DNA of 64,000 nt from Podarcis melisellensis (Eukaryota), in assembly GCA_964234715.1 (NCBI GenBank), contig OZ174283.1. The stretch is one strand, 5' to 3'. This document shows positions 14,798 to 29,022 of this stretch, piece by piece. Numbering within the stretch: position 1 is the first letter of the stretch; each line of letters begins with the position of its first letter. The position numbers and the translations under genes are program-made. The notes under the pieces are model-generated. The model was given only the letters and a program-made list of their open reading frames with translations, was not told the origin of the DNA and ran no database searches.

Positions 14798-14899
14798 TTG
14801 TTGTTTGTTGTTGTTTATTTTGACTCTTCATAACCCCATGGGCCAGAGCATGCCAGGCACTCCTGTCTTCCACTGCCTCCTGCAGTTTGGCCAAACTCA
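14798..14899 (-). mobile_element. BovB 3' terminal fragment (~100 bp)
   Basis: Near-identical to the 3' ends of the copies at 9232 and 50362 (gactcttc..accccatgg.ccagagca.gccaggcac..ctgtcttccactgcctcc). Confidence 0.85.
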
Positions 14900-14974
14900 G
14901 CCATGGAGCGACTCAAATGATGTAATAAAATGACCAAGCTTTCAAGCTGGCCAGAGCTTTTCACCTGGGGAAGG

Positions 14975-15124
14975 ACTGAAGCTCAGTGGTGGAGTTTTGT
15001 ATGCAGAAGGTCCAAAGACTTAGAAAAGACCCTTTGCTTGATGCCCAGAGAGCCACTGTCAATCAGTGTGGATAACACTGAACTAGATGGTCTGACTCAG
15101 TCTATGGCTGCTACCTGTGTTCCT
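14975..15124 (+). mobile_element. tRNA-derived SINE (Squam3-like), degenerate
   Basis: gctcagtggtggag A-box-like head, gagccactgtcaatcagtgtggataacactgaactagatgg body; same family as 51298-51470. Confidence 0.6.
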
Positions 15125-17439
15125 ATCAGACTGCATATTAAGCAGAGTGGAGGCAGAGGCTGCCCTGTTGAAGCCTTTATGGTTTCAAGATCAAGCTAGC
15201 ATTTTCAACTCTTTCCATCCTCTGCTTTGCTTAACGACTAGCCTGCTGTAGCAGCATCAGCCAACAGGAAGGATAAAAGTGTCCAAAAGAGATGGGGCAG
15301 AAGGCACAAAAGGATAAGGAGAAAGGAAGAGCTGTGAGGATCATACCCAGTGCACATATACTTTGGACATATACTCAGAAGTTCAATGTGGCTTACCCTG
15401 AACCCTATTTGGATGTATTCCCTTATGTGATTACAGACACATAATAGGGAGAAGCAGGTTAGTCCTTCCTGGCTCTGCATCCTACTCATTGCTCAGTCCA
15501 TTTCTCATACTAGAAGGTTTTCTTTTTCTGGGTCTGTGAGTAATTACCCCTACAGTCAAGCACTGGAACTGATCCCATTAGTCTGTGCTCATTATTCCCT
15601 TCCTGGGTATAAATTCCATAGAGGTAGCATTCTGCCAAGGCAGAGCAGAAACGGAATGCCACCCCTGTGGTGGGACTCCGTAGGCCAAGACGAAGGAAGA
15701 CATTCACTACGGCACATCTCTGTTTGTGAGGTGGGTCTAAAGGCCCCAGACCAATAATAAATGCAGCAATATGAGATATGAATCAAGCCATCAGTGCTTT
15801 AAAAATAAAGCATGACCAAGTTGTTTTGAAACAACATTGGCAAATACAGCTTTAACAGGCACATTTCAGGGTGTGTTTGCCTCAGCTGACTTTTCTGCGA
15901 TCAGTCAGTCTTTATTAAGGCCATACTTTTCTTGCTGTATATCCCAATAACAGAAAGTGAAGTGTAGACTTGGACCAAAGGACAGCCTTTCCAAAGGAGG
16001 ACTTAAAGGAGGACTCTGTAAAGAAGGACATGTGACCACCACAGTTTAAAACAATTTACATAAATGCTGAATTTATAAAACATGATAACCTCACAGCTAC
16101 ACTTCTACTCTGTTATAAGAAATGTTTCAATTACAAGGCTCATGGCAGCACAATTCTTTGGGACTAGAAATAACCTGAAACAACTTGACTCACAGCATTA
16201 AAGAAATGTCTTTATCTTTTCTCATTCTCATCTGCAACTAATAACCATTGCTGAATTCCCCCTCCTGTATTCAGTGCTTAGTTTCATGTTGGTGCTTATG
16301 GACCCTTACTTATGAATAGGGATGTCAGAGAATTCCAATGGAAATGGAAGTAAAAGTTGGCAATGTTTACTTATTCATCCCCTATCAGGAATGGAAATCA
16401 ACCCAGTAGACATGGTGGCTGCTTTCAGTCCACAAATGATATATAATTGATTCTCTTTCCCTCCATTTGCAGTGTGTTTCCTTCATATTAAAATGAATGG
16501 GATGGAGTAACATATTGACAATTCTGTTTATGTAACTGACATAATTAATGTTGAAAATTATGTAAGCAATGCCACTTTGTCACAATAGATAGAAAAAATG
16601 GGGTGGAAGATGAACTGCAGCATAACAGAATCAGTGATGCATGCAACAAATACATGGGGGAATGAAAAATGATGCTGTCTTACATTCCTATGTATGAGTA
16701 AGCCCTATTGAAAACAGTGGGACTTCTTTGAGTAAAAATGTGTAATGGTGCAATGGCTGTTCCTGAGGCTTTTCTGTTGCTTTCTGATATATATATTTAA
16801 AGGTGGTGATAGAAGAAGCTCAGGAAGCAGGATCAGAAAGAAACAGCAGAGGTGTTAAGAATTCTCTAATGCCTCTCAGAAGTTTAGCCTAGTATTGGAC
16901 CTGCTATCCTCTTCCATTCTGTCAATCTTTGCCAATCCATTTAAACTGTCAGACTTCAAAAGATTAAAAGCAGGGAGTCTTAAAGTAGGGTTCAGTTGTC
17001 AGCACACAGGGTACTGTCATGAAAGTTAAAAGAAGAAAGATAAATTCATGGTCCAAAATGCCAAGAGTGACTGGGCCATTTATGGTTAATCTTTCCATTT
17101 GACAGTTGCATTAGACAGGAAAGATGAATCATACCTTTTCCCTTCATTCTAATGGACAGTCTTCAGCTGTCTGAGTGCATTAACTGACCAGACTGTGTCT
17201 CCTGCCCACTGTAAGAAGTGAATGAAAATGTTTAGGAGCTTCTTCTTCTTCTGCACATAGCTTTGAAATTCATTTATCATGTTGTATAACAAATATTTTG
17301 TAACCCCATTCTAAACTTTTAAACTCAAGTCTGATCAATTTGATCATTTCCAAGTATAGGTAGTGCTTTCTTGTGCCGTAAATGCTGGCAGCTGAATTCT
17401 TTGTTTGTTTAATACAAGCATTTTGTCCTTCAGTCATAT

Positions 17440-17700
17440 TCCTAGGGCAGTTTGCAAAAAGAATAAAACAATGAAGAGGAGGTAAATACAACACAATAAA
17501 AGCCACAAAATTGCAAAAGCAGCATAAAAGAGTCATCAGGTTTAAAACTAAATATAAGAAGCTCAGGAGAAATGAAAGGTCTGTGATGCTAGAAAGGCAA
17601 GACAGTAGCTACCAGGCAAACCTTTCTCTGGGCAGAGCATTCTACAAATGGGGTGAAACCTCTGAGGAGGTCCTCTTCCTAGGAGCAGCTACCTCAACAC
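17440..17700 (-). mobile_element. L2-type LINE 3' remnant
   Basis: ggcaaacctttctctgggcagagcattctacaaatggggtg..acctctgag is the typical antisense L2 3' region; heavily decayed. Confidence 0.4.
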
Positions 17701-18156
17701 AGGTGAAGGGGCACCAGCACAAGTGTTTGTCAGTGCCAACACACAACTGGTGCTCTTCCTTCAAATTCACCTCATATTATTGACCAACACTGAGTTATGT
17801 GCTGCCACTTAGTTTCCACTGAACATGAGTAATACACCCCCAGGAAGACCTTGCCTACAACCTCTCCAGACAGTGGACTGTACAACTTTTTGGGCAATAA
17901 GACCAGATAGGTTTTTCACATGTCCTCCTCTAATTTATTGACTTTTGGTGCAAGATTTTTCCAACAAAAATATATTTCTGCCCATGAACTGCTTGAACTT
18001 GCTTTGAGAGCTTTGTCAGTGCTTCTGGGGGAAAATAATATTAAGTCCCATTTTCACCAGCTGGAAGGTTCTTTCAGCTTCATTAGCAATTTTAAATGTA
18101 TGTACTTCACATAATGCTTTTTGAAGGTTGGCTGGTGTACTTTGGGCTACCTTTAG

Positions 18157-18220
18157 TAAGAACATAAGAAGAGCTTTGCTAGATTAGACTAAAGGTCTAC
18201 CTAGCCCAGCCTTCCACAGA
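18157..18220 (-). mobile_element. CR1-type 3' tail fragment
   Basis: taagaacataagaagagc..tgctagattagactaaaggtc...ctagcccagc. A similar fragment lies at about 45027-45090. Confidence 0.6.
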
Positions 18221-18289
18221 TGCCAGGTGTCCCGCTTTTAGAAACCTACAACCTAAGGAAAATCCATTGTTAAGAAGTAATTATGTCCC

Positions 18290-18900
18290 TTCTATCAGCT
18301 TAGGCTGGTGACCCAACTATGACAAGGAAAACTTGTCTGTTTGGTAACCTCAAGGTTGAACTATAGCAAAGCATGTTACACAGGGCGGCCCTTGAAAATG
18401 GTTTGCAAGCTTCAAATACTACAGAATGCAGCTGCCCAACTGCTTGTAAGTTTGAGGTGAAACATCATATAAGACCAATTATTTTACAACTACACTGGCT
18501 GCCTATATGCTTCTGAGTGCAACTCAAAATACTAGCTTTAACCTATAACACTCTTTACAGCTCACAACCCTAATATCTTCTGGAAAACCTCTCCTGAAAT
18601 GAATATACCCAAACACTTAGATATTCTTCTGAACATCTTCCTTGCTGTGGAATGCTTTCCCCAGCAAGATCCTCCTGGCATCTTTGCTAATGTCTTTTCA
18701 GCCCCAGCTAGGCTTTTCTTTTCCACAGGCTTTTGATAGATGAAGTATACGTCTTGTCACAAGTATCCTGTCACAGCTTCCTGTAACTATTATGGGGGTT
18801 GTTTTGTTCTGTTTTTATGGCATAATGTGTTGATATTTATCTTTTAAATGTCAGTCACCTGGAGAACTTCAGGTAACAAGTGACTAAGAATTCCAAATAA
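18290..18900 (+). mobile_element. L2 LINE RT C-terminal remnant
   Basis: Translates with breaks to PLKMVCKLQILQNAAAQLL...HIRPIILQLHWLPICF*VQLKILALTY, which contains the L2 motifs LQxxQNAAARL and LHWLP. Confidence 0.8.
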
Positions 18901-20956
18901 CAACAGCAGCAGCAATAATATGCACAGTGTAACCAGAAATTACTCAAGAAGCCTCTAGTGTTCCCAACTGCAAAAGGTATACAACAGGAGTGAAGAAACT
19001 TGAAGAGATAAATATTGATACGTTCCCTCATGGATAACCTTCAAGGGCCCTATGTGAGTAGAGGGTGTGGACAGAGATGAAAGTGGGTGGAGCAATGCAT
19101 GTGACTCTTACATTTGTACAGTAGGCTTCATTTCAATCATGCAAAAGTCATTACACACACCCCTTTTCATCCTCCATCCTGGCAAACGAGGCTGAAGAAC
19201 ATATTCCAATCAAGCAAAAGCACTTTAAGAAAGTGAGGAACACAACCAATGAGAGGTGTGAACCCGGAGTGTGAGCCGGTTTGCAAACTTGGCCCTGGGA
19301 GAGTATTGAGGTTCAGACTGAGGGACCTGAAGGGCTGCATTTGACTCCTGGCTCTGAGGGTCCCCACATATGATATATTGAAATTCCATTTCTGAAAGCA
19401 TGTACTCAAATTGTTTGAAAATATAGCTGCTATTTTTCTCACTCTAAGAATACAGCTGGAGACTTTTATGTGTGAGAACCCAAAATGTGAATGCGTAGGT
19501 GTCTTGCTGGAAGTAAAACTTGATATGAACCCACACTGAAAACTATGCAAATGTGTATTTATTTCCATTTTAACTTAATATATGGATGAGGAGATTTACA
19601 TTGCGTGTCAATTGCAGCCAAAGGAGCCAAAAGTCATTCCAATCCAACATAAAGCACAACCAGATTTTAACATGCATCCAGATGAGAATCGATTTATAGC
19701 TCAAAGCATTTCAAAATAACTCTGTAAAGTAAGCTGCTATTATTATCCCAATATTGCAGATGGCAGCAACAAAAGTGACAATATAATGGCTTGACTAAAG
19801 CCATCTAGTGAGTGTACTGTTGTGGGTACACTCATTGTATACCCACAATGTTGTGTTGTGGGTACACTTGCCAGCTCATCTGTAAAACTGTCATAAATCA
19901 AGCAGCATGTACAGCAACTAGATGAGTGTTTAACACAACTTGTCTCAAATTAAGCACCCAGTAAGCATCTTTCTGAAACATATCTACTGTCTAGCCCCCT
20001 CCTGTGTTACTTGCATCAGGAAGCATGTGAAATGGACTTAAAGGGGCGTACCTTTGGCCCTCCCACCCTGACAACATGTAGCTCCTCCTCTCATCCCTTC
20101 CATCTACACTTTAGGATGGATTCCTGAGGTGAGGAAGCCCTTGTGTGTAGACCTCTGTACGTTTAGGCTTCCCATGAAGTTGAAAGCCTTTATTGCTCAA
20201 TATTCCAGACCAAGTGAAGGTTCTACACAGGAATGGTGGGTTGTAGAGGCAGCAGACACAATCCTGCTTTCCCTCCCTGTGTTCAGTGTGCACACAATAA
20301 TCATAGGAAATTTCCACACAAGAAAGCTGAAATTCTTTGCACATGTACCTGGGAGTAAGTCTCATTGTGTTTAATAGCAGCAGCAGCTGAACAGGCAAAG
20401 AAATGTCTGGCATTTTACTTGCCAGACATTAAGAGAGCTCATGGCAGTTTCCACTATAATATTAGGCAATTATGTTTCTATTCAAGAAGGGGCACTTTCC
20501 TTACTACCTCAGCAAATGATTCATTCATTTATTTGTTTTAAAAGGGCTGCCTCTAATATCGTGCACACAAATGATGTTGTTCCTTCACTTTCAAAATGTT
20601 TATTTCTGTTTTGCCTTCCCCCAACTTCTTTCTGGCACGCAAAAATAAAACAAAACTGTTAGTCATACCCTCAAACATGCTTCTCTGTGGTTTTATTCCA
20701 AGCAATTTAGTGAAGTGGCTTCACTGCTGCCTGACTTAAGCCAACGTTTACCTCAAGTTAAAAAGGAGGAAACCAAATGTCATATGAAGAGAATGTAGCA
20801 AAATATCAAATGTAGCAAACATGGATGGTTACCGGCAGATCTGGGGAGCATCTTTTTAAAGACTTTACATTTTGAAAAAGAACCCCCTATCACCTCCTGG
20901 TAACATTAAAGCAGCCTTTATTTATGCTTTTAAAAGAAAACTTTCATCACTTGGTT

Positions 20957-20966
20957 CCATATATGG
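20957..20966. promoter_or_regulatory. Perfect CArG box (SRF consensus CC(A/T)6GG)
   Basis: CCATATATGG inside a repeat-poor block. Motif match only; function untested. Confidence 0.35.
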
Positions 20967-23525
20967 AGCATTCCATTTCATATAAATTTGCCTCTGTTGC
21001 GAGGCTAAACAATGGAGCTTCTATTTTCTGCCATGTTATTTTGTTTAATGTCTACCAGAGCTGTCATCTGAGCAGCCTCTTGGCCTGCACTCGAACAGGT
21101 TTATATTCCAGAAAGCCTCTCGCCCGGCCCCCCACCCTCCTTCCCAATGGTGAAAATAAATCAATTTCATCTGCTAGTAGTTTGGGTTTCTTTTTTCTTC
21201 TCCTCCTTTTTCCTTACCCCCCCCTTTCTCTCCCTCCTTTATGTGGGCCTCTTTCCACAATGCCATATGGCAGCTGAGAGAAAGCTAGGGCAATGATCTG
21301 CATTTTCATCTCTTAACAAAGGATGCAGTAGTGTCAAAGAACCTCATGAATGCATGAGACACAGTCATGTATAGAGAAGTGCCTCTAGCCCTGTCAAGGA
21401 GTACTAAAAAGAAACCTGATAGACCTGACATCGCTTCAGAGTACAGAAAGGCAGCCGTTCTCTCGCTGGCTCATCTCGCTCCTATCCGTCTTCCCCCAGC
21501 TCCCTCCTTCCCGCCTTCCCCTTTGGTTCCATGCCAAAATCCCATTAGCTCTATTAATGACATGTGGTCCAAAGTAAAAAGCGTGTGGCAGAACAAGAAA
21601 GGCACAAGATCAACCATCTAATCTATTCGTTTCTGATATATGTATCACGAGATAGAAATATTTCAGGAAGATCTGTGTCACACAGCCCAGCCTTGGGAGC
21701 TCAGGCAGCTACACAAACTCTCCGAGGGGTGGAGAAAGCAGCCCAAAATGCTGCAAATGTCTTTTCGCCTGTCTCCATTCTCCTCCACTTTCTTAATCCA
21801 TAAAGCAAGATGGAGAACAATAATTATGAAAACCGGCAAGACTTCTTATACTTCAGTTTGAATTGCAGCTTTGGGCTTTGCTCCCCACCCCCTTCGTTCT
21901 TGACAGATTTTAGATATATTAAATAGTACCAAGGAAACCACAATTTAGTAAAGATAATGTACAAAGCACTATTCAGACAGTTGGATTCTTTTTCCTCCTC
22001 CAAACTTCCCTCCTATTTAAAGAAATATGACCAATCTTACAGTTTTATACTAGTCATATTCAAATATTTGGTTCTGTCAGTGAGAAGCTACCTAGTGTCT
22101 TCAAAGGCTGGCGACTGCTTCAGAGAAAAGTTGCTTTGTTTCTGAACATTCTTCTTCCATTTTCGCAAGCTTACAAAATCTCCTGCTTGCCAAAGTAGTA
22201 TTCTTGAGGGTGGGGAGACATAGTAGCCACATAAACAATTACTTCATTGTGGAACTGACCCAAAATGCTTCATCAATAGGCACACTGGTGCTTTAATCAT
22301 CTAAAAGTTTCAGAAACACAATCTTGCAAATATTACAATTTTTTTAAAAAAATGTGTTTCAAATTAGCACTGTAACCAGAACGTTAAGCAGCAAACGTAT
22401 CTGCAGTTTATGTTGTTGTTGTTGTTTCTTTAAAAAAAAAAGAAAAAGAAACATCAGAAGCTGACTTTTATAAGAAAGGAATGGCCTCTGTCTACTCCTG
22501 CTTTATAATATGTTACAGAGCTCCTTTTTTTCAACATCTGGACATTTGCTTATGTCTAACTCCAAATAATTTGGGGGGCGGGGAGCTGCTGTTGATTTCA
22601 AAGCGTCTCAAGGGCGAAAGCATGGAGCTGAATCATTCTGATGGAGCCCGTGCTCCAAAAGGCTGGATGTGTTTCTTGGTCATGGCAACCACTCTTCAAA
22701 ACGTTCAACTGTCAGTTTGAGCTGAGCTGCACCAGAACAATCCAGCTATTCAGCAATTCCCTTTCTCTTTGTGAACATCTGTTTACATGGCCTATGTCCA
22801 CTCTACAGGGTGTGGACATTTTATCAGCTACGCAGCCGTGGAGGGCAGCTTTAGGGCCCAACATCTTTTGTCCTTCGTGATCTTTAGCATTCATGTGACA
22901 CACAAGTTTGGGGATTATTTAACCATGGCATTAGGTCTTATGCAGTCTGGCTTTTGAACTGTTTTTGAAGGTCACGCTGTAGTCAGAATAAGCGTGAACT
23001 GCCAAGAGAGTCTATAACAAAACAAGATGTGCCAGAGCGCTTGTCTTTTACTACCTAGTGTTCCTCTCAGACAGACTTAGTACTTACTGTGATTGTGACA
23101 TTTCCAATTGGTTTTAAATTTTAAAGACTGTAGTACCTTTGAGGGTCAGACAAAAAAATCAGTTTGAAAGAATCCCTCCTTGAGGCACTTTTTTGCAAAC
23201 ATGGCTGTGCCAAATTTTATGTGAAAACACCCCCCTTCCCTTCCTTTTTAGTTCTTTGTGGGGGTTTTTGACCTTTATGAACAACAGTTTTCAATTACTA
23301 AATAGTATTCTCTTATCAGCCAGATAGTGATCTCAGTTCAATCAGGATGAGAGCAATAAATTTACTAGTGCTGCTCTGAATGTTCTCCAATAAACATTTT
23401 GCTGCAAAAAGGGGGAGAGTTTTAGTGTTGATGTTCCTCAGAAATCCCTAATGTTCATCTTCTTCATACTCAATTAATGGTATTCGCAGCCCTTCTTAGC
23501 TGCTGCTCCAACATTATTAGCTAAC

Positions 23526-23528
<3 letters not shown>

Positions 23529-23575
<47 letters not shown>
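23529..23575. repeat. (TTA)n microsatellite
   Basis: Direct inspection. Confidence 0.95.
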
Positions 23576-23576
<1 letters not shown>

Positions 23577-24018
23577 CTGTGACGGTGATTCCAGTTTGCC
23601 TGGGGTCAATTTGTGAACACAACAAGTTGGCTACATGAAGACATCAAATGATCTAAAGCAAAGTAAAGATAGCGCTCCTTTCCTCAGTATGAATTGACTT
23701 CAGGGTGACACCACATGGCCAATCAGATTTGGCTATGTGATTATGACAAAGGCAATTCGGAGTGAGGACAGAAAGAGAGGGACAGGGAGCGTGGCAGAGT
23801 GTGGCATGTGGCATGGGACTGCACCACACTCCCTATGTCTCACGCCTCTCAGTAAGCAGCAATGACCTGTTGCACTGGGAAGCCAAGGAAGCAACAAAGC
23901 CCCACCCACACTGCTTCACCAGCCACAGCTGTTTCAAACACTGCATTTCTCCCCGCTCATTCTGAAACATGCATAGGGAGGCACACACACTAATTCATAA
24001 TGTTGGAATGAATGGTCA

Positions 24019-24334
24019 CAGGCCAGCCCCAAGGTATTCTTCTGCCTGAGGTGGACGAAAAGAAGCTCCCCAGCATTCCATGTGCGGAAGCCAACAGGAC
24101 TGGCTGTTGAAGCTTATCTTAATACTGGCAGCAGGATAGTGTCCCCCACCACACCTGAGAGCAACAGGCTTGTTATGAGAATGCAGGGTGGGTCATGTGG
24201 ATGCAGTACACTGCTCTGTCCTCCAACAGAAGGGTAGAGCTAGACAGCTCATGAGGAGAAGCCATGAGATTGCTGCTCCCTAGCATCTACTGATGGACAT
24301 AGTACTGCCTTGCCTAATGGTAGGGCTGGCCCTG
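24019..24334. mobile_element. hAT-type MITE
   Basis: TIRs CAGGCCAGCCC / GGGCTGGCCCTG, flanked by an 8-bp TSD aatggtca (24011-24018) / aatggtta (24335-24342). Confidence 0.8.
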
Positions 24335-25043
24335 AATGGTTAAGCACAAGTATTAAAGTACTTGCATCTTCTCTTACAAGGTTCATGGAATCTTTTCCGT
24401 GATTCTGGCATCTCATCTCATTAAGTAGCACATAGACAAAGCTGTTTTCTGGATGGTATTCTGTAAGATTTTTCACAATGCAGTGGGTAATACACAGTAG
24501 CAGAACAGCCATTAGAACTTGGGGCATGCAGGATTCAACTTCTGTTCCCTCTGTGTCCTTTACTAATCTTTGTTGGTTTGCATTTTCTCAATAACTGTGC
24601 TGTTGTAGTCACAATCATGGCCGTGATTGTGATCACATGCGCAGTTGCAGATGTCAGAAGCTGGGTTCATGCTCACCAAAGATAGCTCCTGCAGTCTAAT
24701 CTTGTTGACACTAGCTATTAACATTCTCATGGCTTTTCATTAGCAGCTAATATTTGCATTTTAAAATAGTTAATTACTTAGGGGAGCTTCCCATGGTGTG
24801 AGTACTGTGGAGATGGTCTGGGATTTAAAAAATAGTAATAAATTCCTGTAGACATCACATTGCACTGTAAAAGATGGGGGGGGTGAGATGATGGAGAAGC
24901 TTCAGCTAGAATATGTGAAAGTAAAATGAGACAATGAGAATTCACCCTTTGCAGAAGGACTGTGCTCACCATAAAAGTATGACAGGATTTGGGGCCCAGC
25001 ATAATTTTGGGGGGTTTTAAGTCAAAAAAGAGAATGACAAGCA

Positions 25044-25092
<49 letters not shown>

Positions 25093-25195
25093 TAATACCC
25101 TGCCCATCTGGCTGGGTTTCCCCAGCCACTCTGGGAGGCTTCCAACAAAATATTAAAAATACATTAAAACATCAGTCATTAAAAACTTCCCTAAG
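25044..25195 (-). mobile_element. LINE (L2-like) 3' terminal fragment with (TAA)n tail
   Basis: (TAA)n followed by ataccctgcccatctggctgggtttccccagccactctgggaggcttcc. A shorter copy lies at about 29737-29790. Confidence 0.6.
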
Positions 25196-28100
25196 TAGAC
25201 TAAGTTGCTACAGATAGATCCACAGTGTTAGGTAAAAAGAACAGTGATGTCAGACAGATATCAGTAAATAGGCTTTTTTAATATTCACTGTTGTTAAGCT
25301 ATCTTAAACCACATTTTCTTGAAAACTATAATAGTTAAAGCAACAATTCTTGTTCTTCTGCTTATTTAGTATGTCACTGAATGCAATAACGGGACTCATA
25401 CTGAGAATTAGGGGGAACTCTGTTCCAAATCAACCTCATCAATAGTTTTGGGCTGGGGTCTGAAGAAGGGAAAGTGATATAATTCAAATCCCTGTAACTG
25501 ACTGTGACCAGACCTGACTAACTGTGGAATGCATTGCCATCCTTTCATTGTGATTAGTAGCCTCTACAGCCTCTGCCAAAACTAATTTATTTATCAGTTT
25601 TAGCCTGCCCTTCCTTCAAGGAGCTTAAGGAAGCATACATGGTTTCCCTGCTCACATTGTGATTGGGGTTAAGGCCAAAAGATAATTACTCTGTGTGCCA
25701 TGGACTGATGATTTCAATCAATGTCCCCTTGCCACTGGCCCTCGCTCTAACCACTGCACAACACTTACTCCCAGTGCACCTCCCATTATATTGGGCTACT
25801 TCCCATACTTGGTTGTGTCATGAATTGACAGCATGTAGTGGTGGCAGTCTAGAATGATTCCTGGCATAGAATTACTCTTTCCAGGCCTTTGGTAGCATGT
25901 GAAGGGGCCAGTGGGAACATAGGGAGCTGGCCCTGTCCCCTCAACAATGACACACATGCTGGCCGTGCTCCCAGCCAACACATAATCGGCATCAGTCTGA
26001 AGGGTTGTACTATGTGAAAAGAGATTCCAGCACATCAGGTGAAGTCCTATGAGCATAGAAGCAGCCCCTTTCAGACTGCTGCTGATCATTCACCAGCTGG
26101 AGAATATGACCTATATTCTCAGCAGTGTTTATGAGGGTTAGGACTAGCCCCATATATTCCCAATGCTCCCTTCTGGGATTCGTGGGTGCCAAATGCCCAA
26201 GGCTAATATGTTTTCTTTTTATTCATCACTGCCTATTCCTCTTGGACAAGCCCGCCTAAGTGATTCAGAAGCAGTTGACTCTGTTTTTCCCCTATAATTA
26301 CTACTGTGAACTCAGCAGTGGTTAGAGCTGTGACTATCCCCTTCTTTTCTTCTCCCCACATTTATTTCTATTTTGGTGCTGCTGATGAGCAAGTTCGCTG
26401 CTTTTTATGCAGGCCTGTATTGTTTTCTTGCTTTCTTTTACTGTGTCTGGTTTTGGAGGGGTATGACTTTTGCAGTTATAGTGTCTTGAGATTTGAACGT
26501 TCATATTTTGTTGCCATTGCTATTCACAGTCAACTAAAGCCTTTCTTCTTTGTGCAAGAATTGTATGTGTGACTTTGGGAAGCAGCATTCACAATGTACT
26601 TTTCAAGACAATTTCCCAAAGCGACGTGCTTTCATTGATTTATGCAGCAGTCCAGTTCTGATGCAGGTATAGCTATTGTTATGTGGTCACTGGGAAAAAT
26701 CAAGCTTCTGGACTGAATCCCATGCCTGCCCTGAATCCTTAGTATGCGCTGATGTCTGGTGAATTTCATTTACTCGGTACATGACTTGAATGTCTGCATG
26801 ATGCACTCTGGGTCCTTTCCAATTCTACTTTTCTATGAGTCTATGTGTGGATGTGTATCAGTGTAGTCTCTGATGGAGCATGGTTACAACTGCATCTCAG
26901 ATTTGTTCCAGAATTGTATTGGCAAATAACACTGTGACATCCTTTTCTCTAGCATGGTTCCATGTGTTCATGTGCAAAGCCAAATGTATTTTTGGTCTCT
27001 GTGTTGTGTTTCTGCTTGTCCAGCTCATAGCTTTATTCTTGTTCATTTCATGTATCATCTTGCTGTCATGATACAGCTCAATTAAGCAAGCTCTAAAACT
27101 CTTAAGGACAGGGTTAAATCTGGACAAATGTAAGTGCGCCTTCTCAACAACAGCAACAAAACTCATACTGAGTCATAGACAAGCAAGCCTTGCTGCACAT
27201 TCTGAAGGCCAGCCTACTCTTGCATACACACAATCATTTATAATCTTTAGCCCCCTTTCTCCAATATATTAATCCAAGGTAGGCTACTTCATGTTGTCAA
27301 AGTGTGAATATTGGAATGGAATCAAAATTGTTACAATGCTTTCTAAAAATATTCCTATCCTACAGATAAGCATCAATGTTTGACAGTGGCACAAAAAAAA
27401 CTCAAGCCAAAAAAGCCCAGTCTTTTATTTTTCCTCCTGCTACTAAACCAGTTGGTGAATTCAGACTTTGAAGGTTGTAACCAGCCACTGTCTTTCTGCC
27501 TTTTACTGAAGCAGCCTCTTATGAATCTAAGCAGACAGAAAATGCATTGTCAAAGAAGCAAGTAAGATGAAGTTTTAAACTAATAAATGAGAAGGTGTTA
27601 GCTTCATGCCGTTGCACTGCTAGGGTCTCCTTCTTCTTTGTATTCTCTGCTTTTCCTCAGTCTCCAGGTTTGTTTCAGGGAGCAGAGTGCTCTGCTCTGT
27701 CAAAAGTGGCAGACTGGCATAAAATAGCAAACTTCCTTCTCATTGTTTGGATTAGCAGAGTGAAAGTGAGACCTCAGTGTGAAGTGACTTGAAAGAGGTT
27801 CATTGCCTGCCCGCGTTAATAACTGCTGGAGAGGAACTATCTGAGAGAGACTGAGATGAGAGCAAATCACAGGGGTTTTAAGTTTTGGATTATAGAAACT
27901 TTCTTGCAATATATCGCTCCCACCCCTTTCCGTTCTTAGTCATAATTTCATACCGCACGGTCAAAATTGAAAGTATGGCACCTCAGGTCTGTATGGCTAT
28001 AGCAATTTTCCCCTTGCTGGTAACAGATTCATTTCTGTTAAAATTCTATTACTCGGAGCTATTTCTCTCAAGGATTGTACAATTCTTCTGAAAACAGATC

Positions 28101-28578
28101 AGCAGCTTTCAGTATAATCTCACTTCGTGAGGTCCACTTCGAGTAAATCCTGCAACTAGATGTGACTAGAATAGAAAACTCCATTCCATTTCCTCCTTGC
28201 CACCCAGTCAGGTTGTAATGAAAGACATTTGAAAGTTTTCTGACTCCAGGCCTAGTGTTAATCACCAGCTTTCTGTGAAAGAATGCAGTTAATGTTATAA
28301 ACTTTTTTTTTCCTGGCCATGTCAGCCTGTGATATTAAGCAGAAACAGCAGGGGAAGGGTTATTTCTCAGATTGTTGGCTAAGAAATAAAATGGAAGAGG
28401 GAAGGAGTACAGCACGACTACAAGGATCTTAACACACAGTTTAATTAAAAATGCTTTTTTCATTAGCTTTCATGTTTGTGGAAAACAGACATTGTGCTCT
28501 GGAAAGTTCAAAGCAGGATGGAAAATGTACATTTTGTGGGCAATTTTGGAAATGTACATGTATGCCACATAAAACTAA

Positions 28579-28960
28579 TGTTATGAATCGGAGAGGGAGG
28601 CTGTATGTGAGATCCTTCTAAACCCTGAATCCAATAAGTGTTAACATATAAGCTTGGTGATAGCCTGGGTGATGGGCCATTAAGGGATACAAAGGAAAGA
28701 GGCTCTGTGTGAGACAGCAAATGAGTGAGGCTCCTTCATCAACTCAGAGATAGTTAGAAGGACAAAGCCAGAGTCTGGAGTTGAGTTGTAGTGATAGGGG
28801 TCATAAGCAAATTAGCAAGCTGGGGAACTCAAAAGACAGAGCAATGTTTGATGTCTGCTTGAATCCAAGGCTGTGGCTATGAGAGAAATAAGGCCATTTT
28901 GGGTTGTTCATGATGTGTACCCCTCCATCGTAGGCTCTAATTGTATATATGTGCTATTTT
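28579..28960 (+). mobile_element. LTR-like element (related to 60621-61160)
   Basis: Starts TGTTATGA and shares blocks with the 60621 element (ctaaaccc.tgaa.ccaa.aagtgttaa.atataag; gaatccaagg; tccatc.taggctct). The 3' end is unclear. Confidence 0.55.
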
Positions 28961-29022
28961 TCTAGAAAAAGCTATGCGGAGTTCACCATGAGCTTCTCCC
29001 CTGTTCTCTTAGAATGGTAATT

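Noticed and set aside
24778-25107. Poly-Tyr ORF (also poly-Leu at 33638 and YI-repeat at 46839)
   Set aside because: These are microsatellite translations.
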